Part shown: positions 48,424 to 56,131 of the stretch, in pieces
How positions within the stretch are numbered: the stretch's first letter is position 1
How the letters are laid out: the number at the start of each line of letters is the position of its first letter
DNA from: Candidatus Avisuccinivibrio stercorigallinarum
GTDB taxonomy: Bacteria > Pseudomonadota > Gammaproteobacteria > Enterobacterales > Succinivibrionaceae
Assembly (NCBI GenBank): GCA_017694225.1
Contig: JADINH010000174.1
Coordinates: 8,807 to 72,806 of the forward strand
Reading direction: 5' to 3'
Length of the DNA stretch: 64,000 nucleotides
The notes under the pieces: model-generated
Database searches by the model: none
Told to the model about the DNA's origin: nothing
The model's input: the letters and a program-made list of their open reading frames with translations, nothing else
Position numbers and translations under genes: made by a program

Positions 48424-49591
48424 GGCTGTAACAGAGCAGATCTACTGTGCAGACTGCCTTGAGGTGCTGCCAACGCTCAAGGAGCAGTCGGTTGATCTTA
48501 TCTGTCTTGACCCTCCATTTTTTACTCAGAAGATACAGCAGCTTAGTAAAAACGAGCGCTGGTATGAGTTCAGCGACATCTGGGCCTCGCGCGGGCAGTA
48601 CCTTGACTATCTGCGGGTCAGGCTGGAGCTGATGCGTCCGCTGCTCAAGCAAAGCGGCAGCATCTTTTTGCACTGCAGCAGCAGCGCCTCGGCGCATATC
48701 AAGCTCCTTATGGATCAGATTTTTGGGGAGGAGAACTTTAGAAGCGAGATCATCTGGACTTACCGGCGCTGGTCCAATGCTGCCCGGGGACTTTTGCCTG
48801 CCCATCAGACCATTTTCTTTTACTCAAAGAATGCTGCTGACTTTAAATTCAATCCGATCTACTGTGCTTATTCACCGGCTACCAACCTTGATCAAATTCA
48901 GCAGCAGCGTGAGCGCGTGAATGGCCGGGCGGTCTACAAAAAGGACGCGGACGGGCAGGTGGTGCAGGCGTCCGAAAAGAAGGGCGTGCCGCTGTCTGAT
49001 GTCTGGGAGATCCCCTTCCTCAATCCCAGGGCCAAAGAGCGCACCGGCTATCCGACGCAGAAGCCGGTGGAACTGTTAGAGCGCATCATCAGGCTGTCCA
49101 CTGACGAAGGGGATGTGGTGCTCGATCCTTTTATGGGCAGCGGCACCACCCTGGTTGGTGCCAGGCTGCTGCAGCGCAGCTGCATCGGGATAGACCAGAG
49201 CGCAGCGGCCTGCGAGCTTGCAAGGCAGCGGCTGGCCGCGCCCTTTAAGAGCAGTTCTGCGCTGCTGCAAAAAGGCAGCGGGGCGTTTTGCACTAAATCT
49301 GAGGAAGTGCTCTCACAGCTCCGGGGGCTTAAGTGCGATGTCGTGCAGCGCAACAAGGGCATTGATGCCTTTTTGCGGCAGCACTATCAGGGCAGACCGG
49401 TGCCGGTTAAAGTGCAGAGCCCGGAAGAAACCGCAGATGAGGCGCTTTTGTTCCTGCAGCAGGCGGCGGCTAAACGCTCCTGCCTCAAGGCCGTGCTGAT
49501 CGTGCGGGAGCTGCCTGCCCAGCCGGTGCCGGAGCACATCCTGCTGATCCCAAGTACTGCACTGCAGCTTGGGCAGCAGCTTGGGCAGTAA
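48410..49591 (+). CDS. Beta-class N6A/N4C DNA methyltransferase (PF01555-like) with a roughly 110-aa C-terminal extension
   Basis: Motif IV DLICLDPPF precedes motif I VLDPFMGSGTT, and YPTQKP is conserved. The start overlaps the GGDEF gene end by 14 nt. No restriction endonuclease gene is adjacent. Confidence 0.85.
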   Translation: MPGVKAVTEQIYCADCLEVLPTLKEQSVDLICLDPPFFTQKIQQLSKNERWYEFSDIWASRGQYLDYLRVRLELMRPLLKQSGSIFLHCSSSASAHIKLLMDQIFGEENFRSEIIWTYRRWSNAARGLLPAHQTIFFYSKNAADFKFNPIYCAYSPATNLDQIQQQRERVNGRAVYKKDADGQVVQASEKKGVPLSDVWEIPFLNPRAKERTGYPTQKPVELLERIIRLSTDEGDVVLDPFMGSGTTLVGARLLQRSCIGIDQSAAACELARQRLAAPFKSSSALLQKGSGAFCTKSEEVLSQLRGLKCDVVQRNKGIDAFLRQHYQGRPVPVKVQSPEETADEALLFLQQAAAKRSCLKAVLIVRELPAQPVPEHILLIPSTALQLGQQLGQ

Positions 49592-49712
49592 TGCCAAGGG
49601 AGCGCTTTGCCTGCAGTTGCCGGGGATCGCGAAGGCAGGCGGGTGGTGAGTGAAGTGTTATCGTTATCATGCTGGTAAAATAAAGACCTGCCGGCATTTT
49701 GGAGTTTTGTGT

Positions 49713-50156
49713 ATGTTGTCGCTCAAAGATTTCTTAATTTATCCTGCCTCTGTCACTGTTGAGGACGGCGTTTTCTGCCTCAGGGTTAAAACTACATCCC
49801 CCAATGTGGGCATTAACGCTGAAGGCGCCACCTTGGAGGAAGCTGCAGCAGAAGCCAAAGATGTAATTTTGTCTATGACAATGGTCTGTATTTCTGATAA
49901 AGAACCGGCACCCGCTGCTGCCGGCTTTGCAGGCGGTGATCTGGCGCTGCAGATGACGCCTGACTTTGCGCTGAAATGTATGCTGCAAAACGCCATGCTG
50001 GAGCGCGGGATCAGCGCAGCTGAGCTTGCACGTCTGCTTGGCAGTGAGAGCACAGAGCAGGCACGTGAGCTGCTGAATTTTGAGCATGCCACAGCGCTGG
50101 ACCGCCTTTACCCTGCCTTCGCAGCTGTCGGCCGTCCTTTGCAGGTGAGCTGCTGA
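49713..50156 (+). CDS. HicB-family antitoxin-like protein (no hicA partner)
   Basis: The architecture parallels my recollection of E. coli HicB: an N-terminal HicB fold (GATLEEAAAEAKDVI) plus a C-terminal HTH (ISAAELARLLGSESTEQARELLNFEHATALDRL). The ATG at 49713 is preceded by TTGGAG. Confidence 0.7.
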   Translation: MLSLKDFLIYPASVTVEDGVFCLRVKTTSPNVGINAEGATLEEAAAEAKDVILSMTMVCISDKEPAPAAAGFAGGDLALQMTPDFALKCMLQNAMLERGISAAELARLLGSESTEQARELLNFEHATALDRLYPAFAAVGRPLQVSC

Positions 50157-50326
50157 GGGCTGCGGCACTGCCCTTAATCCGGGTGAGTGAGGTACAGCAA
50201 GCCGCCCACCAGAACAGCCTCAGTACAAAGAATAATAATGTAAGCTGCCATGTTTTTGCCTGCTTAAATGCTCAAGGCATTCTTTCTAAAATTTAGTTGA
50301 TGCTGTTTTAAGCCCTGTGCAGAACC

Positions 50327-50350
50327 AAAAAAGCCCGGCCGAAGCCGGGC
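50327..50350 (-). terminator. Rho-independent terminator after gmk
   Basis: On the minus strand, GCCCGGC-ttcg-GCCGGGC is followed by TTTTTT. Confidence 0.65.
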
Positions 50351-50373
50351 TTGTGGTCTTGGGACAAAATTCT

Positions 50374-51033
50374 TTAAGCCTCAGTGCTGCTTTCAGGATC
50401 TATGTACCCTGCAAGCAGGTTCTCAAAGAGCTCATGCCTGGCTTCTTCCTGCTTTTCGAGCAGGCAGCGGCGGGCCAGGATGATGCCGCGCAGCTGTACC
50501 AGCGCATTGTCGTATTTATCGTTTACTACCACGTAGTCGTATTCACGGTAATGGGAGATTTCGCGTTTTGCAAGTTCCATGCGCTGATCAATCACTTCAG
50601 GGGTGTCGCGCTGGCGCTTTTCCAGGCGGTGTCTTAACTCTTCAAGTGAAGGCGGCACAATGAAGATGGACACGCAGCCTGGCATCTGAGCTCTGATATT
50701 GCGTGCACCCTGCCAGTCGATGTCCAGCAGCACATCGCGGCCTTCATCGAGCCACTGCTGCACCACCTCGCGGGAGGTGCCGTAATAGCGGTCAAATACC
50801 TGGGCGTACTCCAGGAAGGCGCCGCGCTCGATCAGTGCTTTGAACTCTTCTTCATTCACAAAGAAATAGCTCTGGCCGTCAACCTCTCCCGGGCGCATAT
50901 CGCGGGTGGTGTGGGAGATGGACAGGCGCAGCTTGTCATCGAGGTTAAAGCGCTCAAGCAGGCCGGCAATTAAGGATGATTTGCCGCCGCCGCTTGGTGC
51001 TGAAAGTATGTAAAGAGTGCCTTTTGCTGACAT
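50374..51033 (-). CDS. gmk: Guanylate kinase
   Basis: P-loop SAPSGGGKSSLI and typical Gmk blocks (SHTTRDMRPGEVDGQSYFF, YGTS). Confidence 0.95.
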   Translation of the reverse strand: MSAKGTLYILSAPSGGGKSSLIAGLLERFNLDDKLRLSISHTTRDMRPGEVDGQSYFFVNEEEFKALIERGAFLEYAQVFDRYYGTSREVVQQWLDEGRDVLLDIDWQGARNIRAQMPGCVSIFIVPPSLEELRHRLEKRQRDTPEVIDQRMELAKREISHYREYDYVVVNDKYDNALVQLRGIILARRCLLEKQEEARHELFENLLAGYIDPESSTEA

Positions 51034-51074
51034 GTTTTTTCCTGTTGTATTCTCTTGTCTCTCTATCTTACTGC

Positions 51075-51689
51075 TTAACGGCCCAAAGTGGTAAACCAGC
51101 TCTTTAACACCGCCCGGGTTTCATCAAGGCCGATTTTGCGCAGGGCCGAGAATGGAATCACGGTAAAGGTGCCGCCAAATTCGCTGAGCTGCATTTTCAC
51201 TTCATCTGCAGCCTGGCGTCTGACATTGGGGCCCAATTTGTCGGCCTTGGTAAGCAGGATCAGGGCAGGCAGATTGGCGCCGATTGACCAGTCAAGGATC
51301 AGGCGGTCATGATCTTTTAAGGGATGGCGGATGTCCATGGTCACCACAATGCCGCGCAGGGCCTGGCGCTTTTGCAGATATTCAGACAGTGACTTCTGCC
51401 AGGCGCGCTTCATGCTCTCGGGCACGGCAGCATAGCCGTAGCCGGGCAGATCAACTAATGAGCAGCCGGGAGCGACCTCAAATAAATTAATCAGGCGGGT
51501 GCGGCCCGGGGTGCGCGAGGTCTTGGCCAGATGGTTTTGATCGCAGATGGCATTTAAAGCCGAGCTCTTGCCGGAGTTGGAGCGGCCGGCAAAGGCAATT
51601 TCGGTGCCCTCATCCTTTGGCAGATGATTAAGATCAGGTGCTGAAGTAATAAAGCGGGTTTTGCGAAAATCCAGGATGATGTCGGTCAT
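51075..51689 (-). CDS. engB: Ribosome-biogenesis GTPase EngB/YihA
   Basis: EIAFAGRSNSGKSSALN (G1), DLPGYGYA (G3) and TKADK (G4). The start is taken at MTDIILDF, preceded by GAGAGGG. Confidence 0.9.
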   Translation of the reverse strand: MTDIILDFRKTRFITSAPDLNHLPKDEGTEIAFAGRSNSGKSSALNAICDQNHLAKTSRTPGRTRLINLFEVAPGCSLVDLPGYGYAAVPESMKRAWQKSLSEYLQKRQALRGIVVTMDIRHPLKDHDRLILDWSIGANLPALILLTKADKLGPNVRRQAADEVKMQLSEFGGTFTVIPFSALRKIGLDETRAVLKSWFTTLGR

Positions 51690-51736
51690 GTCATGCCCTC
51701 TCAAGCTGCGCGTTTTTCTGATAAAGTCCGCGTATT

Positions 51737-52366
51737 TTACTTTTCGTTGAAGACTGAAGCAAGAATATCGTCAGGATCGATTTCCTCGTGCTCGGAAAGC
51801 TCACCCACCGGAATAAACTCAGTGTCATCCATGGTGTATTCAAGGTAAAACACATTGCCGCTGCCGGTCTTAAAGGTGATGCGCGAGGCCTGCGGGTTGT
51901 CGAGGGCCATATTGATGCTCACCTGCACCTCATGGGGCAGGGCCAGCATCTTGGGCTGGCTTTGTTCAATGCGCGAATGCAGGTTGGCACTGACCTTTGA
52001 GGTGAAGTTGCCTAGGATTTGATTCATGAGCTCGCCCAGGCTGTTGGCCACTTCATCTGAGGCGTAGTTTTTGGTCAGCTCCTGCTCGGGCAGGCCCATG
52101 GTGGTCATGTAGCCGGTGTAGATTTCCATGGCGGCTTCCTTGGAGAAGTTAATCACCACCATGCCCGAGAAGGAGCCGGTAAACAGCACAAAGGTGCCGA
52201 TATCCGGGCGCAGGGTGGTGCGGGTGATGCGCTGCACCATCGGGGCATATTTAATCTCACAGCCGGTGGCGGTGGACATCACAAAGCTGACGCTGTCGCA
52301 CAGGGTGATCAGGATGTCGTTGGGCTTGATGGTCTCTGAGTTCTTATCTGCAATAATCTCTGACAT
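51737..52366 (-). CDS. Hypothetical protein, possibly CheC/CheX-like fold (DUF3334-like)
   Basis: 209 aa. The segment GTFVLFTGSFSGMVVINFSKEAA...ANSLGELMNQILGNF resembles the CheX/CheC-like pattern. The family assignment is from memory only. Confidence 0.5.
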   Translation of the reverse strand: MSEIIADKNSETIKPNDILITLCDSVSFVMSTATGCEIKYAPMVQRITRTTLRPDIGTFVLFTGSFSGMVVINFSKEAAMEIYTGYMTTMGLPEQELTKNYASDEVANSLGELMNQILGNFTSKVSANLHSRIEQSQPKMLALPHEVQVSINMALDNPQASRITFKTGSGNVFYLEYTMDDTEFIPVGELSEHEEIDPDDILASVFNEK

Positions 52367-52477
52367 GGCTTCTCCTAACCGATTTTTCTGTTTTTCTGCA
52401 TTATAGCCAAGCCTGAAATTTTGGTACGTGAACTAAGGCGAAAAAGCGCAAAGATCCGGGCCTGCAGGCGGTTAATT

Positions 52478-52883
52478 TTGATTGTTCTTGTGCTGCGCAT
52501 TGGCGGTGAAGAGGCAGAATTAGTTGTTCTTGAGCTGCGCGCGGGCGGTGAGGGCCGGATTTGATTTTTCTTAAGGTGCGCACGGGCGGTGAAGGGGCAG
52601 AATTGATTTTTCTTAAGGTGCGCGCGGGCAGTGAGAGAGGCAGAATTGATTGTTCTTAAGGTGCGCGCGGGCAGTGAAAGAGGCAGAATTGATTGTTCTT
52701 AAGCTGCGCGCGGGCGTTGAAGAGCAGAATTGATTGTTCTTAAGCTGCGCGCGGGCGGTGAAGAGGCAGAATTGATTGTTCTTGTGCTGCGCATCGGCGG
52801 TGAAGAGGCAGATTTGATTGTTCTTGGGCTGCGCACGGGCAGTTAAGGTGCAGCACTGATTGTTCTTATCTTGCGCGCGGCAG
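52478..52883. repeat. Tandem array of about 9.5 copies of a 41-43 bp unit
   Basis: Units start at 52478, 52520, 52561, 52603, 52646, 52689, 52730, 52772, 52814 and 52857. The consensus is TTGATTGTTCTTAAGGTGCGCGCGGGCGGTGAAGAGGCAGAA. Units are head to tail with no spacers. Confidence 0.9.
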
Positions 52884-52978
52884 ATCCTGCCGTGGTTTTT
52901 GGGGGGCTTTTTAAGGAAAAAAGAGCAGGCAGTGAGCCCACTGCCTGCCTTAAGAGACAAAGGAATTTGTTTTGCCTG

Positions 52979-54424
52979 TCAGCGGTTGAGGTTTAACTCC
53001 TTGATCTTGCGGGTCAGGGTATTGCGGCCCCAGCCTAAGAGCTTTGCCGACTCCTGCTTGTGATTGCCGGTAAACTCCAGCGCAGCTTCCAGCATGACGC
53101 GCTCAAACTCGGGACCTGCCTCAGAGAGAATATCCTGCTCACCGGCACGCAGACGGCCGTCCACCCAGTTGCGCAGCTGATCCTGCCAGGAGGTGGGTTC
53201 TTTGACATTGCCGGCAATGGAGGTGGAGGTCACCACGCTCTGCTGTGTGCGGCTGCTGTTTAAGAAGTCCGCAGGCAGATCGGACAGCTGAATGTCGCGC
53301 CCGGTCACCATGATGGTGAGGTATTTGCACAGGTTCTTAAGCTGTCTGACATTGCCCGGCCACTGCTGACGGCACAGGAACACCAGCACCTCAGAGGTGA
53401 GCTTCTTGGGCTCCTGATTGTTCTCCAGGGCGGCCTGGGTTAAGAAGTGCTTGGCCAGCATCGGAATGTCATTGTTGCGGTCGCGCAGCGGCGGCATATT
53501 GATGTGAATGACATTCAGGCGGTAGAGCAGATCGGCAATGAAGTGGTTTGTGGCCACGCTGCGCTCTAGATCCTCAGAGGAGGAGGCAATGATGCGCAGC
53601 TTGCAGCTGACTGGTTTGGTGCTGCCCACCGGCAGATAGGAGCAGTTCTGCAAAATCTGCAGCAGGCGGATCTGCGCGTCTATCGGCATCTGGCAGATCT
53701 CATTGATAAAGAGCGTGCCGCCTTCAGCGCGCTGTACTGCTGAGTTTTTGCGGCTCTCGGCATCACTCTCGCGCCCAAACAGTTCATACTCAATCATGTC
53801 CTGGGGCATAGAGGACATATTCACTGAGACAAAGGGCTTGTCCTTGCGCTCAGAGTGATTGTGCATGGCCAGGGCCACAAGCTCGCGGCCGGTGCCGGGC
53901 TCACCCTGAATGAGCACCGGAACGTCTGCCTTGGAGACGCGGCCGATTAACTTGAATACTTCCTGCATGGCCGGGGACTTGCCGATGATCTCAGCTTCAT
54001 CGCCCATCGGGATCACCTGATCCTTGACTGGATCCTGGGTCTTCTTCTTGAGCTGGTTGAAGCGGTGCACGGCAGCGCGGCGCACCACGGCAATGGCCTG
54101 CTCAATGTCAAAGGGCTTGGGCAGATATTCAAAAGTGCCGTGCTCATAGCTTTCAATCGCGGCGGTGAGATCAGAGTGTGCCGTGATGATGATAAAGGGA
54201 ATGGTGTCGTCGACAGCGTGCACCTTTTGAATTAAGGACAAACCGTCTATGCCCGGCATCTTAATATCGGAAATGATCACATCCGGGACTTCAGTCTTTA
54301 AAGCCTCCAGGGCTTTTTCGCCGTCTTCAAACAGGCGGTGTGTGATGGAATTGACGTCCAGCGCTTTGTCAAACACAAAGCGGATGCTGTCATCATCATC
54401 AATGACCCAAATTATCGGATCCAT
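52979..54424 (-). CDS. glnG: NtrC-family response regulator with a degenerate AAA+ core
   Basis: The receiver domain (DDDDS...SDIKMPGIDG), central domain and C-terminal Fis-type HTH are collinear with my recollection of E. coli NtrC, and the gene is downstream of glnL. However, Walker A is GEPGTGRE, Walker B is LFINE and the GAFTGA loop is absent. Confidence 0.85.
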   Translation of the reverse strand: MDPIIWVIDDDDSIRFVFDKALDVNSITHRLFEDGEKALEALKTEVPDVIISDIKMPGIDGLSLIQKVHAVDDTIPFIIITAHSDLTAAIESYEHGTFEYLPKPFDIEQAIAVVRRAAVHRFNQLKKKTQDPVKDQVIPMGDEAEIIGKSPAMQEVFKLIGRVSKADVPVLIQGEPGTGRELVALAMHNHSERKDKPFVSVNMSSMPQDMIEYELFGRESDAESRKNSAVQRAEGGTLFINEICQMPIDAQIRLLQILQNCSYLPVGSTKPVSCKLRIIASSSEDLERSVATNHFIADLLYRLNVIHINMPPLRDRNNDIPMLAKHFLTQAALENNQEPKKLTSEVLVFLCRQQWPGNVRQLKNLCKYLTIMVTGRDIQLSDLPADFLNSSRTQQSVVTSTSIAGNVKEPTSWQDQLRNWVDGRLRAGEQDILSEAGPEFERVMLEAALEFTGNHKQESAKLLGWGRNTLTRKIKELNLNR

Positions 54425-54463
54425 ACTTTAACAACCCTCGTGTCTTATGCTTGATGTCTGCTC

Positions 54464-55549
54464 TTACGCCAAGTTGTCTTTGCGCAAGGGCAGGACAATT
54501 TTAAAAACCGTGCGGCCTTTTTCACTGTCGCATTCAATGATGCCGCTGTGCCGCTCCACAATGCTCTGCGCAATCGAAAGTCCCAGGCCCGTGCCGTCGG
54601 GACGGGAGGTCACCATCGGATAGAACAGGGTCTCACGGATGTTCTCCGGAATGCCCGGGCCGTTGTCGGTGATGGAGACAATCAGGGCAGAGGGGTATTT
54701 AATGCCGTTGATCACGCGAGAGCCCAGCTGTGCCCGCGTCTGAATTACTATCTGCGGATGCGGCGTTTTGGCCTCAGTCAGCGCATGAATGGCATTGGAT
54801 ACCACGTTCAAAACCGCTTGCTGCATGGCGTCGATGTCGAGCATCAGCTCCGGCAGCGAGGGGTCATAATCTTTAACAAAACGGATGTGTGAGCCCTGCG
54901 AGAGCTCCATGTTTTCCAGCGACAGCACCTTTTCAATCACGTAGTGGATATTGCACAGCGTGAGCGGATTGGGCCGCTGCGGGCCTAAGAGCTTGTCCAC
55001 CAGGTTCTTTAAGCGGTCGGACTGCTCAATTATCACCTGGGTGTAGTCAGTAAGGTGCGGATATTTGCCGTAACTCATCTCCAAAAGCTGCGCTGCGCCG
55101 CGGATGCCGCCCAAGGGGTTTTTAATCTCGTGGGCAAGCGAGCGGATTAAATCGCGGGCTGCCAAATGCTGGGTGCGGCGGGCTAATTCCTGATCCATCT
55201 TCTGCTGATAGTCGATGGCCTTGAACTCGGCAATCAGGCCGCGGCCTTTGCCCGAGTAATGGGAGATGGAAATATCCGTCTTGATGGCCTGATGGGGCTC
55301 AGGGATGATCCAGATGTCAGAGGCGGTAAAGCCCTGGGCACGGGGCTTTAATGAATGCTGAATGTTTTCAAACAGGCCCTTCTGGCCCTTGTCGAGCAGA
55401 TCGGTGAGCTTTAATAAGCAGAGCTTGGAGCGTGACATATTGAACAGCTGCTCAGCTGCTGAATTTGCATAAACAATTTTCAAATTGTGATCTGTGAGCA
55501 GTACTGCGGTTGCTAAGCTCTCTAAAATAGCCTTGGACTCTGCCTGCAT
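54464..55549 (-). CDS. glnL: Nitrogen regulation sensor histidine kinase NtrB
   Basis: N-terminal PAS domain, H-box LAHEIKNPLGGIRGAAQLL and N/G boxes (NAIHAL, DNGPGIP, GTGLGLS). Confidence 0.9.
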   Translation of the reverse strand: MQAESKAILESLATAVLLTDHNLKIVYANSAAEQLFNMSRSKLCLLKLTDLLDKGQKGLFENIQHSLKPRAQGFTASDIWIIPEPHQAIKTDISISHYSGKGRGLIAEFKAIDYQQKMDQELARRTQHLAARDLIRSLAHEIKNPLGGIRGAAQLLEMSYGKYPHLTDYTQVIIEQSDRLKNLVDKLLGPQRPNPLTLCNIHYVIEKVLSLENMELSQGSHIRFVKDYDPSLPELMLDIDAMQQAVLNVVSNAIHALTEAKTPHPQIVIQTRAQLGSRVINGIKYPSALIVSITDNGPGIPENIRETLFYPMVTSRPDGTGLGLSIAQSIVERHSGIIECDSEKGRTVFKIVLPLRKDNLA

Positions 55550-56061
55550 GAAATGCCTCTCTAAAAAAATGCATGGTCAATATTAGTGCAGTGATGCAGC
55601 AAATATGCAAAATGCACTGAAATATATAATTCTCCCTAATTTGGTGCAATACAGAATCATAATTTTTGTATGTCACTGCTAAGACAAAAAGGCAGGATGC
55701 AGGCAGGGTTACGCCCGGGCAGTCAGCGGCTGAAGTAATTGCAGTGCATTGTGCTAAATAAAAAAGCAGCAGGAGTGCCGGGGTGCCCTGCCTCAGTTTG
55801 GTTCAGCGCCGTGAGAGTTTTTGCAGGTGCGGCACTAAAAAAGCACAGCAAAGTGCAGATTTTGGGCGCACCACTTTAGTGCCTTAAAGAGCGCTGAAAA
55901 TGCGGCATTTTCGCCAAAAACCTCAGCTTTGGCACGTTTTGTGGCACAGCGGGCGGCAGCTTTCGCAGCGATCTTTGGGCCGCTTCAGGCAAAAGATCCA
56001 TGTTCCAGGTGCAGACTTTAAAGCCTTAAAGGGTAAAAATCGGGCAGGGCTTGAGAGGGAC

Positions 56062-56091
56062 AGAAAAAATTCGGGCACCCCGCGGGGTGCC
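56062..56091 (-). terminator. Rho-independent terminator after typA
   Basis: On the minus strand, the perfect hairpin GGGCACCCCGCGGGGTGCCC is followed by GAATTTTTT. Confidence 0.75.
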
Positions 56092-56131
56092 CTGATAGCT
56101 GCAAATTTGCACTGCAGCTGATTTTTGGTGC

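Noticed and set aside
49260-49591. Mrr/PD-(D/E)XK-like nuclease motif in the methyltransferase C-terminal extension (NKGIDAFL...VPVKVQS)
   Set aside because: The order and spacing of the acidic and lysine residues do not match the D...(E/Q)xK pattern convincingly. I could not support a nuclease call without a profile search, so the extension is left unassigned.
49592-49712. Possible hicA toxin upstream of the HicB-like gene
   Set aside because: Only 120 bp are available. The in-frame extension of the hicB ORF (MKCYRYHAGKIKTCRHFGVLC) shows no HicA-like motif. No independent ORF was found.
50174-50251. 25-codon hydrophobic minus-strand ORF (MAAYIIILCTEAVLVGGLLYLTHPD) between hicB-like and gmk
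   Set aside because: It could be a small membrane peptide or type I toxin-like ORF, but it is very short, has only a weak SD-like sequence and has no supporting context. It cannot be supported from sequence alone.
52478-52883. CRISPR or plasmid sopC-like centromere interpretation of the 43-bp tandem array
   Set aside because: There are no spacers between units, which rules out CRISPR. The period coincides with the 43-bp sopC repeat of F, but the units lack a substantial internal inverted repeat (only CTTAAG and GCGCGC), and no sopA/sopB-like genes are nearby. I kept it only as an unexplained tandem repeat.
52613-52960. 115-aa minus-strand ORF with repeated ...ARAQLKNNQFC... peptides
   Set aside because: It is the translation of the 41-43 bp tandem repeat. 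The unit length is not a multiple of three and varies, so the reading frame drifts between units. It is not a real repeat protein.
55900-56121. 73-aa plus-strand ORF in the glnL-typA intergenic region
   Set aside because: It runs through the typA terminator hairpin, is basic and low-complexity, and has no SD. It is probably non-coding regulatory DNA.
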